Source: Longimicrobiales bacterium | GTDB taxonomy: Bacteria; Gemmatimonadota; Gemmatimonadetes; Longimicrobiales; Gaopeijiaceae | Assembly: GCA_965249725.1 (NCBI GenBank) | Contig: CBDFMQ010000002.1 | Coordinates: forward strand, 1,216,001-1,280,000 | DNA length: 64,000 nucleotides | Direction of reading: 5' to 3' | In this document: positions 9,707 through 19,915 of the stretch, piece after piece | Position numbering within the stretch: the first letter of the stretch is position 1 | Layout: each line of letters opens with the position of its first letter | Translations under genes and position numbers: made by a program | Notes under the pieces: model-generated | What the model was told of the DNA's origin: nothing | Database searches by the model: none | Seen by the model: only the letters and a program-made list of their open reading frames with translations

Positions 9707-11622
9707 GCGGTCTCCACGGACGCAGCGGAGACGGCGTCACCGAGCATACGCCTCGCCTCGGTAGCGATCCCCTCGGCGTCGAGTCCGACATCGCGCAGAA
9801 GCTCCTCACGTGCGCCATGTTCGACGAAGCGATCCGGGAGACCCAAGCATCGCACCTGCACATCGTGCCCCACGTCCAAGTGGGCGATCTCGCGGGCCAT
9901 GCATGTCCCGAACCCGTTGACGACGGTCCCTTCTTCGATGGTCAGCACTTTGCGATGTCCTTCCGCGACTTCCTGGAGCACATCCCGATCGTGAGGCTTC
10001 AGGAACCGACAGTTCACGACCGTCGCCTGCACTCCCCGTGCCGCCAGCGTCCCCGCAGCTTCGAGCGCCTCAATGACCATGGTACCCGTTGCGAGGAAGG
10101 CGATATCGGACCCGCGGCGCAATACCTCCCACGTGCCGTACTCCACCTCGGGAATCTCGCTGACATGCGGGACCTCCGCCGGTACGGCATCCCGCGGCCA
10201 GCGGACGGAGAACGGTCCTGATTCGTGCTCGATGCCGAGACGAACGAGGGCAAGCATCTCCGCTCCGTCCTTCGGAGCCGTCACCGTCATCCCGGGGGTC
10301 AACATCATGTAGGGGATGTCGAAGGCACCGTGGTGAGTGGGGCCGTCGGGGCCGGCGAGCCCCGCCCGGTCCATACAGAACACCACGGGTAGATCCTGCA
10401 GCGCGACATCGTGGATAATGCTGTCGAACGCTCGTTGCAGGAATGTCGAGTAGATGCAAACCACCGGCCGGACACCCTCTTGCGTGGCCATGCCGGCCGC
10501 GGCTGTGACGCCGTGACCCTCCGCGATGCCCACGTCGAAATACCGATCCGGGAAGGCCTGGCCGAACAGGTCCGTACTGGTCCCGTCCGGCATTCCGGCA
10601 GTGATGGCGACAATCCGTTCGTCGAGCTCACCGAGCTCCTTGAGCCCCCGACCGAAGACCTTCTGGTACCGGGGAAGCCCACTGCTCTTCTTCTTCTCCT
10701 CGCCCGAGATCTTGTCGAAGGGAGATGCCGCATGCCACTTGTACGCATTCTCCTCGGCAAGGGAGAATCCCTTCCCCTTCTGCGTAATGACGTGCACGAG
10801 CACGGGGCCCTCGAGGCGTCGCACAGCGGCCAGCGTGTCGACGAGAGAGTCCAGGTCATGACCATCCACGGGCCCGATGTAGCGGAAGCCCAGCTCCTCG
10901 AAGAGCATGCCCGGCACGAAGAGGCCCTTCACACTCTCCTCGGCTCGGCCCGCCGCCTTTCTCAAGGCGCCCTCGCGACCTCCAGGACCCCGCGACAGCA
11001 GGTCTTTCACCTCGTCGCGGATGCGATTGTACACCGGGTGCGTGATCACGCCGGTGAGGTATTTGTTCATCGCCCCCACGTTCGGTGCGATGGAGTGGTC
11101 GTTGTCGTTGAGCACGACGATGAGGTCGCGATCCGTGTGACCAGCGTTGTTGAGCGCCTCGTACGCCAGGCCACATCCCATGGCACCGTCACCGATGACG
11201 GCAACCACGCTGAAGTCGTCCCCGTTGAGATCCCGAGCGATGGCGGTGCCCAGGGCAGCCGAGATCGAGGTGGCGGCATGTCCGGCTCCGAAGTGGTCGT
11301 ATTCCGACTCGTCTCGGCGCAGGAAGGGTGCGAGTCCATCCTTCTGGCGGATGGTCGGGAGGCGCTCGTTGCGGCCCGTCAGGATCTTGTGGATGTACCC
11401 CTGGTGGCCGGTATCCCAAATCAGCTTGTCCCGGGGCGTATCGAAGGCGTAGTGGAGGGCGACGGTGAGTTCGGCCACACCCAGGCTCGCACCGAAGTGG
11501 CCTCCGATCTTCGCGATCACGTCGATATGCCGATCTCTGGCCTCAGCGACCAACTCGTGCAGCTCGTCTTTCGACAACTGACGAATGTCCCCCGGGTCCT
11601 GAATTCGGTCGAGAAGCGTCAC
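9703..11622 (-). CDS. dxs: 1-deoxy-D-xylulose-5-phosphate synthase
   Basis: GGHFGASLG, GDGAM...LNDN TPP-binding motif, YSTFLQRAFD, DRAG. Confidence 0.97.
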   Translation of the reverse strand: MTLLDRIQDPGDIRQLSKDELHELVAEARDRHIDVIAKIGGHFGASLGVAELTVALHYAFDTPRDKLIWDTGHQGYIHKILTGRNERLPTIRQKDGLAPFLRRDESEYDHFGAGHAATSISAALGTAIARDLNGDDFSVVAVIGDGAMGCGLAYEALNNAGHTDRDLIVVLNDNDHSIAPNVGAMNKYLTGVITHPVYNRIRDEVKDLLSRGPGGREGALRKAAGRAEESVKGLFVPGMLFEELGFRYIGPVDGHDLDSLVDTLAAVRRLEGPVLVHVITQKGKGFSLAEENAYKWHAASPFDKISGEEKKKSSGLPRYQKVFGRGLKELGELDERIVAITAGMPDGTSTDLFGQAFPDRYFDVGIAEGHGVTAAAGMATQEGVRPVVCIYSTFLQRAFDSIIHDVALQDLPVVFCMDRAGLAGPDGPTHHGAFDIPYMMLTPGMTVTAPKDGAEMLALVRLGIEHESGPFSVRWPRDAVPAEVPHVSEIPEVEYGTWEVLRRGSDIAFLATGTMVIEALEAAGTLAARGVQATVVNCRFLKPHDRDVLQEVAEGHRKVLTIEEGTVVNGFGTCMAREIAHLDVGHDVQVRCLGLPDRFVEHGAREELLRDVGLDAEGIATEARRMLGDAVSAASVETA

Positions 11623-11740
11623 AGGATCAGCTCCTGAAGGTTACTTGATCAGCCATATAACATAGCCCTGAACGTCGCCTAGGCACACGCGTTACACCGT
11701 TACGGCAAAGGCGCTTAAGCTCGCCATCCACAACACCTTG

Positions 11741-12652
11741 CTACCGCTTCCGTTCCACGACGTAGCGAGCCAGATCACCGAGCTCCGGCGCCTCGATCGC
11801 CGCTGTCCGAAGCGCCTCGAGGGCCTCGTCCGCCAGCGCTCGAGCACGGCGGACGGCCTCATCCACGCCGTAGAGGGATACATAGGTGCTCTTCTCGAGA
11901 GTTTCGTCGCTAGGGTTCTTCCCCAGGGTGGCCGCTGAGGAGGTCTCGTCGAGCACGTCGTCGGTGACCTGAAACGCGAGACCGACCGCGCGCCCATAGG
12001 CACGCAATCCGGCGAGCACCGACCCAGAGGCCCCGGCGGCAAGCCCGCCGATCACGAGGGCGGCCGTCAGGAGAACCCCTGTCTTTCTGCGATGAAGATC
12101 GTCGAGCTCGTCCGCCTCCAGACGGCGACCCTCGGCCAACAAGTCCAAGAGTTGCCCCCCCACCATCCCACCGCCTCCGGCCGCACGATTCAGCTCCTGC
12201 ACGATGGCGCGGACCGTGTCGTCGTCACACCCCAGTGCGGTAGCGGCCCTGAGCGCCTGAAGCGACGCGGCCGGGATCAACGCGACCCCCGCTCGGACCG
12301 CCGCCTGCTCACCGAAGAGCGTGTGGGGCGTGGCGCTGCCTCGTCGCAGCTCGGCGTCGTCCATGCACGGAAGGTCGTCGTGCATGAGCGAGTAGGCGTG
12401 TACCAACTCCAGAGCCACCCCGAGATCGTAGGCCGCCGGACCGGCGATCCCTCCGCAGGTGCGGTAGGCCACGGCACAGAGAATGGGCCGGAGCCGCTTC
12501 CCTCCACTCATCACAGCCTGACGAACCGGTTCGGCAAGTTCTGGTGCAAGATCGCCGACGAGAGACTCCAACGCTCGCTCGAGGGCCGATTCCACCTGCT
12601 CTCGTTCTCGGAGAAGAAACCCCGAGACGTCCATGGACTGCGGGTCGGTCAC
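11741..12652 (-). CDS. ispA: Polyprenyl (farnesyl/geranylgeranyl) diphosphate synthase
   Basis: GGKRLRP, HDDLPCMDD, FQVTDDVLD, and xseB-ispA-dxs synteny. Confidence 0.93.
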   Translation of the reverse strand: MTDPQSMDVSGFLLREREQVESALERALESLVGDLAPELAEPVRQAVMSGGKRLRPILCAVAYRTCGGIAGPAAYDLGVALELVHAYSLMHDDLPCMDDAELRRGSATPHTLFGEQAAVRAGVALIPAASLQALRAATALGCDDDTVRAIVQELNRAAGGGGMVGGQLLDLLAEGRRLEADELDDLHRRKTGVLLTAALVIGGLAAGASGSVLAGLRAYGRAVGLAFQVTDDVLDETSSAATLGKNPSDETLEKSTYVSLYGVDEAVRRARALADEALEALRTAAIEAPELGDLARYVVERKR

Positions 12653-12945
12653 TCCGGTCCGTCCTCCTCGTCCTCCAAGGGTCGGGTGGTCTGGTCCTCC
12701 AGCGGGCCCAGGAGTTCCTCGACCTTGAGTTCGGCGTTCTTCAGGGTCTCCTCGGCGTTTCGCACGTGCTCGACGCCTTCCTCGAAGAGGGCCAGGGCTC
12801 CATCCAGCTCCAGGTCGTCCGACTCCAAGGACCGGACGATCTCCTCGAGACGTCGGAGACGATCCTCCAGGGAGGGGTCGTCTGCAGCGCTTCGATCAGG
12901 TGTTTCATCAGTGGGCGTCACGATGGACGTCTCCTTGCTGAGCAC
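12649..12945 (-). CDS. xseB: Exodeoxyribonuclease VII small subunit
   Basis: LEEIVRSLES..LALFEEG..L..AELKV; lies directly downstream of xseA. Confidence 0.93.
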   Translation of the reverse strand: MLSKETSIVTPTDETPDRSAADDPSLEDRLRRLEEIVRSLESDDLELDGALALFEEGVEHVRNAEETLKNAELKVEELLGPLEDQTTRPLEDEEDGPE

Positions 12946-12980
12946 TCATGGCTCTCAAGCGTCTCGGTCACTGTGATCAT

Positions 12981-14204
12981 CTACTCTCCGGCCCCGTCTC
13001 TCTCCAACGCCTCACACGGCACCGAACCGTCCGACACCCGGAGCGAAAAACGCAAACCAGGCTCGAGATCCGCCGCTGTCCGGAGTACCCGGCCGGCCTC
13101 GTCTGACGGCAGAGCATACCCACGAGCCAACGTACCCAGAGGTGACAACACATCCATCTTGCCGGCAGTCTCGGTCATACGCGCCCTCTTGAGCGAGACG
13201 ACGCTCCGTATCGCCGCATCCATCCGGTCTCCGGCCCGTCCTACGACGTCTCTCCTGGGCCGAGCCAACGCAGACGCGGAGCGGCGCAGTTGACCCAACC
13301 GTACGACGAGAGCCTCGCGCCGTCGAAGAGCCGCTCCACGCAATGCCCCTCGCATGCGTTCTCTCGTCGATGCAAGAACCTCGCCCAAAGCCTGTCCGTC
13401 TTGGACGGCAGCCTCCGCACCCGCGGACGGTGTGGGGGCGCGATAGTCCGCCACGAGGTCCGCAACCGTAACATCGACCTCGTGACCGACAGCCGAAATC
13501 ACCGGCACCGGACACCGGGCAATGGCGCGCGCGACCACCTCTTCGTTGAAGGCCCACAGGTCCTCCAGCGAGCCCCCGCCCCGTCCAACGATCAGCACAT
13601 CGGCTAGCCCGCTCGCACCCAGGGCGTCGATGGCCTCGGCCACCTCAGCACCCGCACCCTCGCCCTGCACGCGGGTCCCTCGAACCACCACCTTGGTCCA
13701 AGGAGCGCGACGGCGAACCACGGTGATGACGTCGTGGAGGGCCGCACCGGATAGGGAGGTGACGACACCCACAGTCCCCGGGAAGGCCGGAAGAGGACGC
13801 TTCCGCTCGGGGGCCAACAGTCCCTCGGCCTCGAGCTTCGCCCTTACCCGTTCGAAGGCGAGGCGCCAAAGGCCTTCCTCACCCTCCGCCTCCAGTCGGC
13901 GCACGATGAGTTGGTACTCGCCCTTGGCTTCATACAGTGACAGTCCGCCGTACGCGCGGACGTTCATGCCTTGCTCGGGATCCGTCGGAAGCGTAGCCGC
14001 CTCCCTCTGGAACATCGCGCAGCGGATCTGGGCCTGATCGTCCTTGAGTGTGAAGTAGCAGTGTCCGGATCGGGCCCTGGTCCAATTCGCTACCTCACCC
14101 GAGACCCACAGGCTGTCGATGCTCTCCTCGAGCAGACGTGAGACGGCCTTGTTGACCTGAGAGACGCTCCAGACGCGCGGGGTCGTCATCCTGTTGCGGT
14201 CCAT
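12981..14204 (-). CDS. xseA: Exodeoxyribonuclease VII large subunit
   Basis: SGHCYFTLKD, GRGGGSLEDLWAFN, SAVGHEVD, LARGY. Confidence 0.97.
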   Translation of the reverse strand: MDRNRMTTPRVWSVSQVNKAVSRLLEESIDSLWVSGEVANWTRARSGHCYFTLKDDQAQIRCAMFQREAATLPTDPEQGMNVRAYGGLSLYEAKGEYQLIVRRLEAEGEEGLWRLAFERVRAKLEAEGLLAPERKRPLPAFPGTVGVVTSLSGAALHDVITVVRRRAPWTKVVVRGTRVQGEGAGAEVAEAIDALGASGLADVLIVGRGGGSLEDLWAFNEEVVARAIARCPVPVISAVGHEVDVTVADLVADYRAPTPSAGAEAAVQDGQALGEVLASTRERMRGALRGAALRRREALVVRLGQLRRSASALARPRRDVVGRAGDRMDAAIRSVVSLKRARMTETAGKMDVLSPLGTLARGYALPSDEAGRVLRTAADLEPGLRFSLRVSDGSVPCEALERDGAGE

Positions 14205-14222
14205 AGGCGGGCCCCGGCGGCC

Positions 14223-15116
14223 CTAGCCCTCCGGGTTCGACAAACGAACCGCGGCATCCACCGTGTTCGAGAGGAGCATCGCAATCGTCATCGGTCCGAC
14301 ACCACCCGGCACGGGGCTGATGGCCGAGGCCACCTCCTTGGCCTCGTCGAACGCCACATCGCCGGCCAGACGGTACCCCCGCTCACGGGTGTCGTCGTCG
14401 ACCCGATTGACGCCCACGTCGATGACCACCGCCCCGGGCTTCACCATGTCACCGCGGATGAACTCGGGCAGGCCGATGGCCGCGATGAGGATGTCCGCTT
14501 CGCGGGTGACTGCGCCCAGATCAGGCGTGCGGCTGTGCGCGACCGTTACGGTCGCGTTGCCGCCGGCGGCCTTGCGAAGGAGAAGCGACGCCATGGGCCG
14601 GCCGACGATGTTCGACCGTCCCACGACCACGGCATGCTTACCCGAGGGGTCGTGTCCGCTGCGCATGAGCATCTCGATGACACCCTGCGGAGTGCAGGGC
14701 GTCAGCACGTCCAGATCGCCGGTCGCGAGTCGGCCCACGTTGATCGGGTGGAATCCGTCGACATCCTTTTCGGGATCGATCGCCAGAAGCACCTTCGCTT
14801 CGTCGATCTGATCCGGAAGCGGCAGCTGGACCAGGATGCCGTGGATGTCGGGATCGGCGTTGAGCCCGGCGACGATTCCGAGCAGCTCGTCTTCGGTGAC
14901 CTCGGCCGGCAGAGTGATCTGTCGGGAGAGGATCCCCGCCTCCGTGGCGGCCTTGTTCTTCATGTCCACGTAGACTTGGCTGGCCGGATCTTCTCCGGCG
15001 AGGACTACAGCGAGTCCGGGAGTCAGGCCCGACTCCTTCAGCTCAGCCACGCGTGCCTTGAGCTCTTCCCGGATGGACGCGGCAATCTCTTTGCCCGAAA
15101 TGATGTCAGCCGACAT
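14223..15116 (-). CDS. folD: Bifunctional methylenetetrahydrofolate dehydrogenase/cyclohydrolase
   Basis: [31 protein letters not shown]. Confidence 0.97.
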   Translation of the reverse strand: MSADIISGKEIAASIREELKARVAELKESGLTPGLAVVLAGEDPASQVYVDMKNKAATEAGILSRQITLPAEVTEDELLGIVAGLNADPDIHGILVQLPLPDQIDEAKVLLAIDPEKDVDGFHPINVGRLATGDLDVLTPCTPQGVIEMLMRSGHDPSGKHAVVVGRSNIVGRPMASLLLRKAAGGNATVTVAHSRTPDLGAVTREADILIAAIGLPEFIRGDMVKPGAVVIDVGVNRVDDDTRERGYRLAGDVAFDEAKEVASAISPVPGGVGPMTIAMLLSNTVDAAVRLSNPEG

Positions 15117-15161
15117 TCAGTCTCCTGTATCTGTTACCGGATCGCCCCGACGGAGCGAGTC

Positions 15162-16733
15162 CTAACGTGCGAAATCGATGGCCCGGGTTTCGCGGATGAC
15201 GACCACCTTGATCTGACCCGGGTACTGCAACTCAGCTTCGATGCGTCTCGCCACTGCTTCGGAGATCTGCGCCATCTCGTTGTCGGTGACCTTCTCGGGC
15301 TCGACCATGACCCGTATCTCGCGCCCCGCCTGAATGGCGAAACAGCGCTCGACCCCCGGGTGCTCCATGGCCAGCTCTTCGAGCTTCTCGAGCCGCTTAA
15401 CATACCCCTCGAACATCTCTCGCCGCGCTCCGGGCCGAGACCCTGAAATCGCGTCCCCTGCGGTGACCAGGAACGTCTCAGGGAAGTAGTGGGGCTCCTC
15501 ATCGTGATGCGCCTTGATCGCGTTCAACACGATCTCCGACTCGTCGTGTTTCTTGCACAACCGATATCCGAGTTCGACGTGGGTGCCCTCGTGCTCGTGC
15601 GTCATGCCCTTCCCTACGTCATGAAGCACTCCTGCACGCTTGGTGGCCTGGACGTCCAGTCCCATCTCCGCCGCCATGTTGCCCGCCAGCAGAGCCACTT
15701 CCTTCGCGTGCTGAAGTTGGTTTTGGCCATACGACGTCCTGAACTTGAGCCGCCCGAGCGTCTTCACGATCTCGGCGTGCACGTTGTGTATGCCGAGTTC
15801 GTAGAGCACCTCCTCCGCCGCCTCGACCATGGACTGCTCCACCTCTTTCCGGCTCTGGTCCACCATCTCTTCAATCCGGCCCGGATGGATGCGCCCGTCT
15901 TCGATGAGTCGCTGCAGGGCAATGCGTGCCACCTCGCGGCGCACGGGATCGAAGCCGGAGAGCACCACGGCCTCGGGGGTGTCGTCGATGATGACGTCGA
16001 TGCCGGTGGCCTGCTCGAACGAGCGGATGTTGCGGCCTTCGCGCCCGATGATGCGGCCCTTCATCTCGTCCGAAGGAAGCTGAACGACGGAGACGGTCAT
16101 CTCGGCGGTCTGGTCGGCCGCCATGCGCTGGATGGCGAGGCCGAGGATCTTCTTGGACTCCCGATCCGCGTTCCGCTGCGCTTCTTCCTTGATCTCGCGG
16201 AGGTCGTTGGCGGCCTCGGCCTTGGCCTCGTCCTTCAGGTCCTCGACGAGCTGCTGCTTGGCCGCGGCCGCGGAAGTACCCGCCAGAGCCTCGAGCTTCT
16301 CGCGCACCTCGGTTCGAGATCGATCCAGGTCCTGGACCTGCCGGTTGAGGTCGCCCTCTCTCTGGTCTAGCTCCTTGGCGCGCTGTTCTTGGACCGACTC
16401 CTTCTCGTTCAGCGTATCGAATCGGCGATCCTGTGCGTCGGAGCGTTCAGCAAGGCGCTGCTCGGCCCGCTCGGCATCCTCGCGGTGGCGCTGCTCCTCC
16501 TGCTCCCACGACTCCCGAAGGCGGAAGACCTCTTCCTTGCCCTCGAGGACCTTGGACGTACGGAGGTTGTCCGCCTCTTCCTGGGCGCGAGCCAGGATCC
16601 TCGAGGCCTCATCCTCGGCGGCCGCTTCAGCCCTCTTCTGCCGCGACTGCTCCACCAGGCCGCGTCCGACGTATCCCACGGCTCCGAAGAGCAAGCCAAA
16701 AGCCGCCGCCAGTCCGATAACCAGCGGGTCCAT
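15162..16733 (-). CDS. rny: Ribonuclease Y
   Basis: N-terminal TM helix, coiled coil, KH domain (GRIIGREGRN) and HD domain (LHDVGK). Confidence 0.97.
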   Translation of the reverse strand: MDPLVIGLAAAFGLLFGAVGYVGRGLVEQSRQKRAEAAAEDEASRILARAQEEADNLRTSKVLEGKEEVFRLRESWEQEEQRHREDAERAEQRLAERSDAQDRRFDTLNEKESVQEQRAKELDQREGDLNRQVQDLDRSRTEVREKLEALAGTSAAAAKQQLVEDLKDEAKAEAANDLREIKEEAQRNADRESKKILGLAIQRMAADQTAEMTVSVVQLPSDEMKGRIIGREGRNIRSFEQATGIDVIIDDTPEAVVLSGFDPVRREVARIALQRLIEDGRIHPGRIEEMVDQSRKEVEQSMVEAAEEVLYELGIHNVHAEIVKTLGRLKFRTSYGQNQLQHAKEVALLAGNMAAEMGLDVQATKRAGVLHDVGKGMTHEHEGTHVELGYRLCKKHDESEIVLNAIKAHHDEEPHYFPETFLVTAGDAISGSRPGARREMFEGYVKRLEKLEELAMEHPGVERCFAIQAGREIRVMVEPEKVTDNEMAQISEAVARRIEAELQYPGQIKVVVIRETRAIDFAR

Positions 16734-16855
16734 TTATCTACTCCGAAAAACAAACGCCGCCCAAAGAGGCGTTTGTACGGTGGGTGATAGCTAACTACAG
16801 CAAAAACAATAGGATTCAGGCTCGGCGCAACGCAAGTTCGCCCGTCCCTCGGTCC

Positions 16856-17152
16856 CTACTCGGAGGCGGCGGCGCCCTCCAGCTTTTCGGCGAGGCTATC
16901 GACCTTCGAAGCCATGTCCACGCCACTCTGCTCCAGATCGTCCTTCGCCTGGAAGAACTCGTCCGTTATGGAGAGGGCCGCGAGAATCGCGGCCTTGTGG
17001 CCTTCGAGGAGGCCCACCTGCTTCTTGATGTCGTGGATTCGCTGGTCCACGTAGCGAGCACATCGCTTGGTGTACTCCGGTTCCGCGCTGGAACGGATGG
17101 TGTGTTCTTCACCGGCGATCCTGACCGTCACCGACTCCTTGTCTGCGCTCAC
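16856..17152 (-). CDS. zapA: Cell division protein ZapA
   Basis: VTVRIAGEEHTIR...YVDQRI...ILAALSITDE, and pheT-zapB-zapA-rny synteny. Confidence 0.9.
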   Translation of the reverse strand: MSADKESVTVRIAGEEHTIRSSAEPEYTKRCARYVDQRIHDIKKQVGLLEGHKAAILAALSITDEFFQAKDDLEQSGVDMASKVDSLAEKLEGAAASE

Positions 17153-17463
17153 TTCTGCTCCTCCAGGAATCTGATCCTTGCCAGTAGACGCTCGACTCCC
17201 TCCCTGCCCTGGTTCAGACGGGCTCGGAGATCGCGATTTTCCTCCTCCAGAATGCTGATTCGGTCGATCATCTCGCGCGGGCTTCGCTCACCGGAGGTCA
17301 CTCCACGAATCAGCCCCTCCAACTCCTCGCCCTGAGCCTCCATGCGGGCGACCTCACCGCGCAATCTCTCGACTTCCCCGACGGCCGCTACGACGGCGGC
17401 CTCGAGTCGCTTCAGGGCAGCGGCAGTGGTCACGTCTGGTTTCTCAGAGGCGTTGTTCGACAC
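17149..17463 (-). CDS. ZapB-like coiled-coil cell division protein
   Basis: Almost entirely heptad coiled coil, located between pheT and zapA. The start is uncertain. Confidence 0.7.
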   Translation of the reverse strand: MSNNASEKPDVTTAAALKRLEAAVVAAVGEVERLRGEVARMEAQGEELEGLIRGVTSGERSPREMIDRISILEEENRDLRARLNQGREGVERLLARIRFLEEQK

Positions 17464-19915
17464 CGAGGTCCTCCACAAGTCTCTTGACGACTTTCCCGAC
17501 CACCCGATCTACCTCCTTGTCGGTCAGCGTCCGGTCCCACGCCTGAAGGCGCAGACGGAAGGCGAGCGAACGCTCAGCCTCGGCCACGCCTTCTCCCCGA
17601 TACATATCGAAGATGGTGACTTCTTCGAGGAGCGCGCCACCCGACCCGCGAATACACTCGACCACGGAGTCCGCAGAAACGTCCTGCGGCACGAGAAGCG
17701 CCAGGTCCCGATCGACCCCGGGAAACTGCGGTAGAGGCCGGTACGTAGGCGTTCGGCCGAGTCGCGGCTCGGCGGGCAAGCGGAGTTCCATGGCCCATAC
17801 CGGTCCGGCCCACGCCGGGGCGTCGATTCGGTCGGGTCGGATCTGTCCGGCCGAGCCGATGGCGAGGCCAGACGGCAAGGAAATCTCTACGGTCGTAGAG
17901 GATACGAGCAATTCGTCTCCAACCACTCCGTGGCTGCCCTCTTCGCCCTGTTGGTCGCCTCCGTCACCGTCGCCCTCCGCCGCACCCTCTCGCCTCGGCC
18001 CCATCGACGCACCTTCCCATCCGGACTGATCAAGCGCTTCCTGGACCAGTCCCTTCAACGTCCAGAAGTCGACCGACTCGACCTCTTCAGACCAATGGCC
18101 CGGCCGTTGGCGACCCGTGACGGTCAACGCCACGTGCAGGTCCTCTCGTGGCGCATTGCCCGGACCGCACGAATGAAAGACCGTGCCCAGCTCGAAGAAC
18201 CGCACGTCGCGGGCGCCCCGGGCGAAGTTGTACTCCACCCGTCGCAGGAGCGCCGGCAGGAGATTGCCGCGGAGGCGACTCTCCTCACTGGAGATGGGGT
18301 TGTTGAGTTCGACATCTCCCTCGGACGCCGGAGCGAACGCGGGGGTGGTAGCCTCCAGGAGTCCCGCGCCGGCGAGCGCCAACCTCAGGTTGTCCTCCAA
18401 CTGGAAGAGCGGGTGATCCGGGACCATGGTCGGCCGGGCGGCACCGAGATCATCCGGGAAGTTGTCGTACCCGTGCGTGCGTGCGATCTCCTCGATCAGG
18501 TCTACCTCGCGGGTCACGTCGTAGCTTCGGTAGCCGGGGATCGTAACGCTCAAGTCGTCCTCGCCATCCGGCTCCACACCGAATCCCAACGGCTCAAGTA
18601 GGCCCGTGATTTGCTCCGCTCCCAACGACACACCCAACACCTTGGCGACCCGGAATAGACGCAGCGTCAACGAGAAAGGCTCCCACGGACGCGGCAGCAC
18701 CTCCAGAATCGGCCCGTCGACCTCACCACCTGCACTGGCCAGGATGACTTCCAGGGCCCGCTCGACTGCCGGCAGATGTCCCTCGGGGTCGACTCCCCGC
18801 TCGAAGCGGAAGCTGGCGTCGGTCGAGATGCCCAAGGCCTTCCGGGTCCTCCGGATCGACTTGGGCTCGAAGAGGGCGCACTCAAGCAGAATGTCTGAGG
18901 TCTCTTCGGTCACGGACGAGTGCAATCCACCCATGACGCCCGCGATGTCGTGCGATACCGAGGCATCGCAGATCAATAGCATCTCAGAGTCGAACTCGTG
19001 CTCCAACCCGTCCAGGGTCTGCATCTTCTCCCCATCCTTCGCCTTCCGCACGACCAGCCTCGACTCGTCGAGCTTGCCCAGGTCGTAGGCATGCATGGGG
19101 TTGCCCATTTCGAGCATCACGTAATTCGTGGCGTCCACCACGTTGTTGATGGGCTGCTGATCCACCGCACGCAGTCGCTGGGCAAGCCATTCCGGAGAGG
19201 GGCCGACCTTCACGCCTCGAATAATCACACCGAGGAAACGGTAGCAGAGCTCGGGTTCGTCGATCCGAATACCGACTTCGGCGTGCGTAACCTCCAGTTC
19301 GGCGGTCTTAACGTCGAGGTCGATCTCCGGGGCACCCGGAATCGCCGGGAGTACGATGCCCGCGACCCCGCCGGGAGCCACCTCCCTGGCCACGCCCACA
19401 TGGGATAGCCAGTCACCCCGGTTGGGGGTCACCTCGACATCCAGTCGCACGTCGTCGAGGGCGAGCGCCTGAGTGAGGGGCTGGCCCAACTCGACCTCGC
19501 CGGTCAGGTGCATGATCCCCGATTGGTCCCGCCCCAGACCCAGTTCCTTCTCCGAGCACAGCATGCCGTTCGAGTACTCGCCGCGGATCTTCGCCTTCTT
19601 AAGGGTGAAGTCACCGGGCAGGGTCACCCCGACTCCCGCGAAGGGGTAGTAGCCGCCTTCGTGAATGATCGGAGCGCCGCACACCACCTGGAGCGTCTCC
19701 TCGCCGTTGTTCACCTCACACAGCGACAGCCGGTCCGCATTAGGGTGTTGGCGCACGGACTCGACACGGGCGACGATGACCTCTTCGAGCCCCTCGCCCA
19801 GATACTCCGTGTCCTCCACCGGAGCCCCTCGGGTCGCAAGGTGCTCCGACACTTCATCGACACCGAGGTCCAGTCCCGGGGCCATGGCCTTGAGCCACGC
19901 GAAGGAGATGTTCAT
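17444..19915 (-). CDS. pheT: Phenylalanine-tRNA ligase beta subunit
   Basis: HPNADRL, TPNRGD, RFERGVD, REVDLIEE and a C-terminal FDX-ACB domain. Confidence 0.98.
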   Translation of the reverse strand: MNISFAWLKAMAPGLDLGVDEVSEHLATRGAPVEDTEYLGEGLEEVIVARVESVRQHPNADRLSLCEVNNGEETLQVVCGAPIIHEGGYYPFAGVGVTLPGDFTLKKAKIRGEYSNGMLCSEKELGLGRDQSGIMHLTGEVELGQPLTQALALDDVRLDVEVTPNRGDWLSHVGVAREVAPGGVAGIVLPAIPGAPEIDLDVKTAELEVTHAEVGIRIDEPELCYRFLGVIIRGVKVGPSPEWLAQRLRAVDQQPINNVVDATNYVMLEMGNPMHAYDLGKLDESRLVVRKAKDGEKMQTLDGLEHEFDSEMLLICDASVSHDIAGVMGGLHSSVTEETSDILLECALFEPKSIRRTRKALGISTDASFRFERGVDPEGHLPAVERALEVILASAGGEVDGPILEVLPRPWEPFSLTLRLFRVAKVLGVSLGAEQITGLLEPLGFGVEPDGEDDLSVTIPGYRSYDVTREVDLIEEIARTHGYDNFPDDLGAARPTMVPDHPLFQLEDNLRLALAGAGLLEATTPAFAPASEGDVELNNPISSEESRLRGNLLPALLRRVEYNFARGARDVRFFELGTVFHSCGPGNAPREDLHVALTVTGRQRPGHWSEEVESVDFWTLKGLVQEALDQSGWEGASMGPRREGAAEGDGDGGDQQGEEGSHGVVGDELLVSSTTVEISLPSGLAIGSAGQIRPDRIDAPAWAGPVWAMELRLPAEPRLGRTPTYRPLPQFPGVDRDLALLVPQDVSADSVVECIRGSGGALLEEVTIFDMYRGEGVAEAERSLAFRLRLQAWDRTLTDKEVDRVVGKVVKRLVEDLGVEQRL

